IMG/VR virus record: IMGVR_UViG_3300009784_000001
Location: 182,418 to 246,417 of that record
Length of the DNA stretch: 64,000 nt
Direction: 5' to 3' (one strand)
DNA from: a virus
Taxonomy: Duplodnaviria; Heunggongvirae; Uroviricota; Caudoviricetes
The notes below the pieces were generated by a model. The model was not told the DNA's origin and ran no database searches. It saw nothing but the letters and a program-made list of their open reading frames with translations. Both the position numbers and the translations under genes were made by a program. Shown piece by piece: positions 58,501 through 64,000 of the stretch. Each line of letters starts with the position of its first letter. Within the stretch, counting starts at the first letter, position 1.

Positions 58501-61020
58501 GGAATTGATATTGAAAAATTAAATAGTTTAATTGGCAACATTAATAATCCTTCAATAATAAGAATACCAAAAATAGCTATTTTATTAATTGGTTCATATC
58601 TTTGGAGAAGTAAATTTGAAATATATAAAGGAATTGATCCAATAACAACAGATAAAGATGATGTTATAAAAACTGGCGGAGCAACCAATACACTTTTATT
58701 TAAGGGAGATGATACTACTAAAGTATTTTCAAACATTTATACTTCAATAAGAGCAAATCTTATACCAGGATGGAATTTTACTGATTTTCTTAAGAGAGAT
58801 ACTACTTATACTTTTAAATTTAGAACGAGTGTTGTAGATATAATAATTGATTATTTTCAGAATTGGGCTATTAATGAATATCCCTTAATAGAAAAGAATT
58901 TTAGATTATTTGATGTTGGTGGGAATTTTAATATATCTTATGATTCATTTGGTACAACTGACAGTATAACAACTGCACAAATACAAACTATATTTGGAGT
59001 AGATATTTTCAATAGTTATAATTTTATTATAAAAACAAATAGTAATTCAAATTACAAGGGTTTTGTTTTAATAAATAAAATTGGCTCAGATGGTGTTAAT
59101 TTATTAATGGATTTATATAAACAAGATGTTTTATTAATAAACACTTATTTTGATATTTTCAATTATGATAATGATAAGAATATTAAACCTGGCATTAAGT
59201 TTGAAATATCAACTTCTTATGTAACGTCTTATTTAACAAATTTATCAGAAGAATTAAGGAAATTATTAGGAGTTAGTCAGCCTGATGTGAAAAAAAATGA
59301 AGATCCTTCTCTTCCTATAAAAACACCATCAAATAAAGATGCGAATATTGAAAAGTATCAAAAGTTTAGATTATTATATGATAAATGGTGTAGAAAACCA
59401 ACCACAAAGAATGATTTCTTAATGGAAGTTTATTTAGGGAGGCAAGATGGAACTCCACCTGCTGGATTAAATAATATAATGGAAGGTAGTATTAAAATAA
59501 TTGATAAATTTTATAGAGATATATCTGATGAATATATTGTTAATTTAGAAATATTAAAGAATATACTTGAATTAGTAAAGGGTAATCCTAATTTTACATT
59601 TCTTTCATTTTTATCAAAATTATTTTCTGATTTACAAATGATGTTTATTCCAACTCCTAATAGCATTGATTTTACAAAAGTAGAAAATTTGCAAAAGATG
59701 TTTGAGCCAATTCCATATAGAAATAAAACATGGGTAAAACAATTCCCTTCTTATACAGCTATATATACAGGAAAACCTTCTGAAATACCTGATGATGGGA
59801 CTACTAATTTTAAATCGGATGCTTTACATATATATAGAGATAATGGTCAAACTGTATGTAATGCACCTGGCGCTAATAATGGAACATATCATTTGCCTTG
59901 TTTTGCAGTTTCTTATGGTAAGCAAAATCAATCTTATTTCAAAATTGCACAATTAACTAATACAAATCCTACTATTACTGAACAATCTATTAATGCACAA
60001 TTAGAAATTGCACATACTTCAGTAGAAAGTGGAACTCAGAAAATGAATAGTGGTCAAAGTTTATATTCAATATATGCTTCAAACGCATATATGGTTGAAA
60101 TTGAAATGATGGGATGCGCCCAGATACAACCATTAATGTATTTTCAATTATTTAATGTATATCTTTTTACTGGTGCTTATATGATATTTAAAATGAGTCA
60201 TAATATTACACCTGGTAGAATGGTAACAAGATTTACAGGTATTAGACAAAGTACTATATATCCATATATGTCAACACAGGCTTTTTCATTTCAAAATGTT
60301 ATTGGTAAAGATGGTAGTAATCTTGGAGAATTTATACAAAGTGTTGATTATAAGTATAATGCTTATGCTACATCTGGAGCAAAAAGTAATATTGATATAC
60401 AAAAAGAGTATAGGAGATTTGGTGGTATTTATGGACCAAGTAGTATTGCTATTAAGGATGATAATTATGTCAGTGAATCTTTGATGGATGTAAAAATTGG
60501 TAAATATTATACTTTATATGAAATGATAGCGACTATGATGTCTAATACAGGAAGTGTTAGAACAACTGCAAGAAGACAAATGCCTAAAGAAATTTATGAT
60601 CACTATGTAGTTTTTATTCCATATTTGGATAAAGTTAGGGATTATATTAAGACAACATGGGGCGATGATCATAATTTGAGATTACATTCAGTATGGAGAC
60701 ATAGAGATAATGGTAATACAAGTACATTTCATGGATATGGTAAGGCTGCTGATTTTACAGTATTCAAAAATGGAATGTCAGGTGCTGATTTTGTGGCTAA
60801 AAATAATACTTTGTATGAATATTTGAGAACTCAATTTCCTGATAGAGGGCATATAAGTGAATTATTGAAAGAAGGGGCGACAGGAGAGTTTACAACTGAT
60901 TATAGAGGATGGATACATATGGCTATTATAGGTTTTGATTATCCAAATAAACCAATAGTATGTTCTGCCTATGCTAAAAATAGTAAATGTATTGAAGGAA
61001 AATATTATAGAATAACTTAA
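55600..61020 (+). CDS. Large baseplate hub protein with C-terminal peptidase M15 (peptidoglycan hydrolase) domain
   Basis: IEMMGCAQIQPLMYFQL...GAYMI..MSHNI.PG.M.T.F.G.R hub motif; SVWR...STFHGYGKAADF...WIHM Zn-peptidase motif. Confidence 0.75.
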   Translation: MATQPSTNNKIIFWDPNDSMGEGLVHHPEDLSISVQLLVTVPEEKGETDGKYFCIEWVPSEKKNAGKLISFFSGKNVGGLNVLTDFYSDVSYNSSKDGNIQEALGISSINIEYDSWYLPQITINFIDIRGLSLMNPAQYAYNVQSKVAGSFFKALFTIPYPLFKLQVKGFYGDAVTYDLQCWDVRSTLNADTGNVDIVAKFVGYTYAFFADVQFDFIKSAPFNKYGGETYWAEQVNNGRFKLDGTVPIPNLPELEHTIQVTVAMAEKLETDADLKDYNVANNGLDLLNAAYVTFENYIIQCNKFVSNRILGGNRDTENIVKYYVPSVSELENLLNGDKEYQDSLKSLKDAINVYNTSEAGTKISSLVFPGDSEANCGIINHGELTKIDVEEAYRIVSVGGKEEKILNQDILSLDYSNFITSRTKARDLIDKTRTDGALASQSKLDAVMEKNVTFRPTIKNILKIFFAHFETFFQDYFKCIDYINTNPRNGSNPKFRGIIDVENQTLLNTHTGNIDLPPFFHIFMKDDKKTETWIGDDNIGVINKEDFEEVKYITLYTDSLTAYGKREDELGASSNMSYDDTFWFPINPFDISAKIVNNGVHLNNPYNVFKTSDANSDFYNVVTQIGIRMFFGLSTYDGKKLSDEIIKAISKAEALNIYNILGNNKDMMAHFKLDTVSNEILALLQGNRDSNNKFLIDINIDQKLSGVTDKSDVFHPLARVFSSSTGGNYVYDFIVGKSNIDFSVLPLFSALVGDYNANEQIKVVSKGQANYNAGVPLLVNKETTWSGAKNAFFSIQKYTKDIDRLKDKVSTEDADIGHTLVGLWFLGVDDSVSLFNSNLPTVSSYKNKAKLMEGDNSYRTIPMITDENRTKSTSISNAFLNLSTSAIQFYESGQNLDVTLKELRNSDYSSYILQNISFIDNKGNIRSLFGDKIYYLQNNKLLLNNFTDKDEQERSICAKAALFVNCLGIDIEKLNSLIGNINNPSIIRIPKIAILLIGSYLWRSKFEIYKGIDPITTDKDDVIKTGGATNTLLFKGDDTTKVFSNIYTSIRANLIPGWNFTDFLKRDTTYTFKFRTSVVDIIIDYFQNWAINEYPLIEKNFRLFDVGGNFNISYDSFGTTDSITTAQIQTIFGVDIFNSYNFIIKTNSNSNYKGFVLINKIGSDGVNLLMDLYKQDVLLINTYFDIFNYDNDKNIKPGIKFEISTSYVTSYLTNLSEELRKLLGVSQPDVKKNEDPSLPIKTPSNKDANIEKYQKFRLLYDKWCRKPTTKNDFLMEVYLGRQDGTPPAGLNNIMEGSIKIIDKFYRDISDEYIVNLEILKNILELVKGNPNFTFLSFLSKLFSDLQMMFIPTPNSIDFTKVENLQKMFEPIPYRNKTWVKQFPSYTAIYTGKPSEIPDDGTTNFKSDALHIYRDNGQTVCNAPGANNGTYHLPCFAVSYGKQNQSYFKIAQLTNTNPTITEQSINAQLEIAHTSVESGTQKMNSGQSLYSIYASNAYMVEIEMMGCAQIQPLMYFQLFNVYLFTGAYMIFKMSHNITPGRMVTRFTGIRQSTIYPYMSTQAFSFQNVIGKDGSNLGEFIQSVDYKYNAYATSGAKSNIDIQKEYRRFGGIYGPSSIAIKDDNYVSESLMDVKIGKYYTLYEMIATMMSNTGSVRTTARRQMPKEIYDHYVVFIPYLDKVRDYIKTTWGDDHNLRLHSVWRHRDNGNTSTFHGYGKAADFTVFKNGMSGADFVAKNNTLYEYLRTQFPDRGHISELLKEGATGEFTTDYRGWIHMAIIGFDYPNKPIVCSAYAKNSKCIEGKYYRIT

Positions 61021-61057
61021 TTTTTTAGTTCTGATAAAAAAATAATATATTTGTTTT

Positions 61058-61657
61058 ATGAAAATTGCAAATATAGTTATTGACAAAGGGCGAAAGTTAT
61101 TAAATGATGAAAGTTTTATATTTGTTACAAGTGAATTACCAGAAAATATTACATCTCCTACATTGATAGTAGGTTGGGAATTAGTTAAAAGATTATTTCC
61201 TAATCAATCTATATTAGATAAAAAAATAAAAGACAATTTATTTTGGACTTTTACAAAGAATGAAAAGAGAGTTGAATATGATAAAGATATTATTGCTTTT
61301 TACAGATTAATATTAGATAATATAATATTGAATAATCTTGAATATTACTTTTTTGATATTTTTAAAGTTTCATTATTTAAAATTAAGAATTTAATTAATT
61401 TGATTAAGTCTGATATAGATAAGCATATTTATATATATGCTAGTTCATTTATATATTTATATTATGAAAAATATGTTATTGGTATTTCAATAGAAGATTT
61501 GGAATATATAGGAGTTAGTAAAGATAAAATACTTAAATTATTATATAAGAATAAATTTAATCATATATTTTATAATACTGATTTTATATCAATGAATATT
61601 TGGAAAGTTGTTAGTTATAACAAAGTAATAATTCCTTACTTGCATTCAATATTGTAA
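61058..61657 (+). CDS. Hypothetical protein
   Basis: PTLIVGWELVK...LFWTF; TATATTTG box at 61046-53. Confidence 0.7.
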   Translation: MKIANIVIDKGRKLLNDESFIFVTSELPENITSPTLIVGWELVKRLFPNQSILDKKIKDNLFWTFTKNEKRVEYDKDIIAFYRLILDNIILNNLEYYFFDIFKVSLFKIKNLINLIKSDIDKHIYIYASSFIYLYYEKYVIGISIEDLEYIGVSKDKILKLLYKNKFNHIFYNTDFISMNIWKVVSYNKVIIPYLHSIL

Positions 61658-61667
61658 AAATTGTTTA

Positions 61668-62153
61668 ATGTTTGTAATGAAGGAAAAAGCAAACATTAAA
61701 ACAGTTAGTATGTTAGATGAAAAAATAATTTTAGCCTTTTTTATTAAAGTGAATAAAATTGAAAGTTTTATTTCTTTTATTAAAAAGAAATATAATATAG
61801 AAAAAAATGATATATATCTTTATAATGTTCAAGGGAATAATGATGAATATTTAATTACTTTTAGATTTGATAAGTGTGATAAATTTCTTGAACATAAGGA
61901 TTATGGGAAGCCAATTCATATACATGTTAAATATTCTTGTTTATTTTCTATAAATGCTTTGAATAAATATATTGAATTAAATAATGAGGATATTGAAAAA
62001 GGTAATTTTAATTATAAGCAATTTAAAATAGATTGGGATAAGTTGAAAAATAAGCTGTTATTGATTAAAAATAATAATTTAAAAATAGATACTTTGGTTA
62101 AAGTAAAAGATTTAGCAAAGTATTTTGTAAATAATGATATTTATAATAAATAA
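61668..62153 (+). CDS. Hypothetical protein
   Basis: LFSINALN motif; in operon. Confidence 0.7.
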   Translation: MFVMKEKANIKTVSMLDEKIILAFFIKVNKIESFISFIKKKYNIEKNDIYLYNVQGNNDEYLITFRFDKCDKFLEHKDYGKPIHIHVKYSCLFSINALNKYIELNNEDIEKGNFNYKQFKIDWDKLKNKLLLIKNNNLKIDTLVKVKDLAKYFVNNDIYNK

Positions 62154-62156
62154 AAG

Positions 62157-62420
62157 ATGGGTAGTAGATTAAATAATATTGAGAAGAGAAAACAAGTAGA
62201 TTACAAACCTAAATATGTTAATAAACTTGTTGTAATAAAAAGAGCTGGTGAAGCAGGATCTGTTATTGCTCCTATTGAAGTTAAAACAACAGATTACTCA
62301 TTAGTAACTAATTGGGAAGAAGAAAAACCTGTTAAAAAAATAGGAAAAAAGAAAAAGGAAGAAGATGCAATTGAAGAGCCTTCTGTATCTGAAATTGAAG
62401 AAATAAATGAACAAAATTAA
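62157..62420 (+). CDS. Hypothetical late protein
   Basis: TATTTATA at 62138-45. Confidence 0.65.
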   Translation: MGSRLNNIEKRKQVDYKPKYVNKLVVIKRAGEAGSVIAPIEVKTTDYSLVTNWEEEKPVKKIGKKKKEEDAIEEPSVSEIEEINEQN

Positions 62421-62425
62421 ATATT

Positions 62426-62617
62426 ATGAAAAATCTAAATGAAAATCAAGAAATATTGGAAAGGCTAGATGATTTATTAAGTAAACCAATGTTGAATAGT
62501 TATAATCAGAGAGATATTAAAAGAGTAAAAAATACTACAGATAGAGGATTAATTGAACGTGTTAAGAGTTCAAAAGCTATTCTTACTGAGGACAATAAGA
62601 TTTTGCTTTCAGACTAA
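62426..62617 (+). CDS. Small late protein with LNE/IER/LTE motifs
   Basis: MKNLNE...GLIERV...ILTEDNKILL. Confidence 0.65.
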   Translation: MKNLNENQEILERLDDLLSKPMLNSYNQRDIKRVKNTTDRGLIERVKSSKAILTEDNKILLSD

Positions 62618-62623
62618 TATAAA

Positions 62624-63418
62624 ATGGAAAAGGATAAAAAAATAGTTGAAAATTATCAAAAAAGGTTTAAACTTTTGAATGAATATTCGTTTTATACTAA
62701 TACATTATCAGAAGAAGGTGAAGAAAATTTACCACCTCAACAAGATATGGGTGGAGGAAATTTACCTGATACTGGTAATCAATCAGGAGGGGAAATGCCA
62801 CAACAAAATCCACAAGGAGATGCTGCACCAATGAGTCAATTACCACAAGATTCACAAGTTCCTCCTCAAAATTCACAAGGAATGGAAGATAATTCGATGC
62901 CTCCTATGGAAGGAGAAAATAACATTGAGGATATTGAAATGGATGATGATAGTAATGTTGAAGAAATAGAGATTACAGATTTAGTAGATACACAAGAACA
63001 AACTCATAATGAAGTACAAGAATTAGATACAAAATTTCAGCAATTTACAGATTTTGCTGAAAAATTAACACAAAAGTTGGATGATGTAATTAGTAAATCA
63101 GAAGAAACAGAAAAACAAATACAAAATCTAGGTCAAGAGATTGTTAAAAGAAATCCTACTGAAGTTGAAACCTTAAATTTACGTTCCCTTCAATCTTTTC
63201 CATTTTCTGAAAAAGTTGATGATTATTGGGAAAAGAAAGCAAAAGAGAATCCTAATTATAATATTATTTCTAATAATGATGTTAATAAAGATAAGGGAGA
63301 ATATGTATTAACTCAAAATGATATTGATTCAGAAACTGGAAATAATTATGATATTTATAAATCTTTTGATGATGATAATACTTTTAATAAAAGTTTATCT
63401 GATTTATTAGATTATTAA
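62624..63418 (+). CDS. Acidic coiled-coil protein, candidate prohead scaffold/core protein
   Basis: KLLNEY, LSEE, P/Q/M-rich disordered linker, acidic tract, coiled coil, LRSLQSFPF. Confidence 0.55.
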   Translation: MEKDKKIVENYQKRFKLLNEYSFYTNTLSEEGEENLPPQQDMGGGNLPDTGNQSGGEMPQQNPQGDAAPMSQLPQDSQVPPQNSQGMEDNSMPPMEGENNIEDIEMDDDSNVEEIEITDLVDTQEQTHNEVQELDTKFQQFTDFAEKLTQKLDDVISKSEETEKQIQNLGQEIVKRNPTEVETLNLRSLQSFPFSEKVDDYWEKKAKENPNYNIISNNDVNKDKGEYVLTQNDIDSETGNNYDIYKSFDDDNTFNKSLSDLLDY

Positions 63419-63419
63419 T

Positions 63420-63450
63420 TTTGAATTTTAAAAATAAAAATATATTTTTG
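63420..63450 (+). promoter_or_regulatory. Bacteroidetes-type sigma-70 promoter
   Basis: TTTG (63420-23) N19 TATTTTTG (63443-50). Confidence 0.65.
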
Positions 63451-63452
63451 AT

Positions 63453-63930
63453 AAAAGTGTAATTTGACATCTGTGAAGCGTTTGAAGACAGCAGTTACCA
63501 TTTGAGGGTTATATAGGAGGTAATAAGATTTGCTTGTATAATTTAAGAAAGATGGCTCTCCAATCAATAATCGAAAGATGAATAATGATTGAAATACCAA
63601 CAGCCCTTTTAGACTGATAAAAATATTGAATATATTAAGATCACTTTAGAATTGTCACAAAAAAGGAAGATTTATCTTCTAGGTTGGGGTAAAAGAAAGC
63701 TGGACTGTTCGATGGATTGTAAGGCTTGATAGTTCGTTCTTTGAAAATTTATTATTTTTTAAACAAAAGTCCTTGGAAAGATAGGTTAAATATACCCTTA
63801 TTCGTTTAATGGTGAAAAAATTAAGTCCTTGGAAAGATAGGTTAAACAAAACTGTTCAGACTACATATTATGATGAATCAGTATGGGATAGACAGGGAAA
63901 AAGAAGTATAGATTATATATGCGCAGTGTA
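63453..63930 (+). ncRNA. Candidate large structured RNA / long leader of unknown family
   Basis: No ORF of 60 aa or more on +; more GC-rich than other spacers; several helices and a 24-nt direct repeat. 3' end is not defined. Confidence 0.5.
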
Positions 63931-64000
63931 ATTTTTATATGGTTTGAAAATAATAAAAAATAGAGGAATAGTAATAAAATACTTGAATTATGTTTGTGTT

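Noticed and set aside
4274-63600. Short antisense or alternate-frame ORFs in the track (e.g. 4274, 6209, 7434, 9695, 11642-13374, 14784, 16312, 18693-21316, 23483, 24991, 26246, 29607, 31455, 32235, 33830, 34622, 36308, 37671, 45433, 46146, 48841-50231, 51462, 58401, 60296, 60862, 63415)
   Set aside because: Nested in or opposite well-supported genes (or the RNA region), with shadow-ORF composition and no promoter or motif support.
63767-63846. CRISPR array call
   Set aside because: Only two repeats and no cas genes; kept as a finding, not as a feature.
63453-63930. tmRNA, tRNA, RNase P or group I intron identity
   Set aside because: No GGGG 5' end with TpsiC/CCA arm, no RNase P GAGGAAAGUCC core. 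GTTCAGACTA resembles a group I R element, but no matching S element or flanking exons were found.
1-64000. Stop-codon reassignment (TAG or TGA), as in some Bacteroidetes phages
   Set aside because: Long genes are uninterrupted in the standard code and coding density is high. Stops are almost all TAA, with a few TGA and one TAG (29509), as expected at this AT content.

Overview
Very AT-rich (roughly 25% GC by eye) segment of a large myovirus-type (T4-like contractile tail, jumbo-phage-style) genome, standard genetic code. The host is very probably a Bacteroidetes bacterium: non-structural genes are preceded by canonical TTTG-N19/20-TAnnTTTG promoters, Shine-Dalgarno sites are not evident, and there are Bacteroidetes-type pyrE and FISUMP domains. 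The window carries a tail/baseplate module (three large fibre genes, two paralogous fibre-tip genes, neck, tail terminator, sheath, tail-assembly chaperone, tape measure, baseplate proteins with OmpA-like and peptidase-M15 domains). These are interleaved with opposite-strand DNA polymerase B, an SNF2 helicase, an N6-adenine methylase, an Ntn protease, and at least four zinc-repeat/Vsr-like homing-endonuclease genes. Structural genes share a TATTTAT(A) putative late promoter. Most notable: (1) an 877-aa late polyprotein whose GNAT, ART-like and other cargo domains are separated by a repeated IIKPxLxE linker, plus other enzymes (kinase, WYL) with similar Glu-ending leaders, suggesting a capsid-packaged, protease-released effector system; (2) a promoter-driven, ORF-free, highly structured RNA region of at least 500 nt at the right end, plus two smaller promoter/terminator-bounded RNAs; (3) a poly-G frameshift in a fibre-tip gene (candidate phase variation); (4) a +1 (not -1) tail-chaperone frameshift; (5) fused back-to-back early/late promoters. 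All family assignments are from motif recognition by eye, not database searches.
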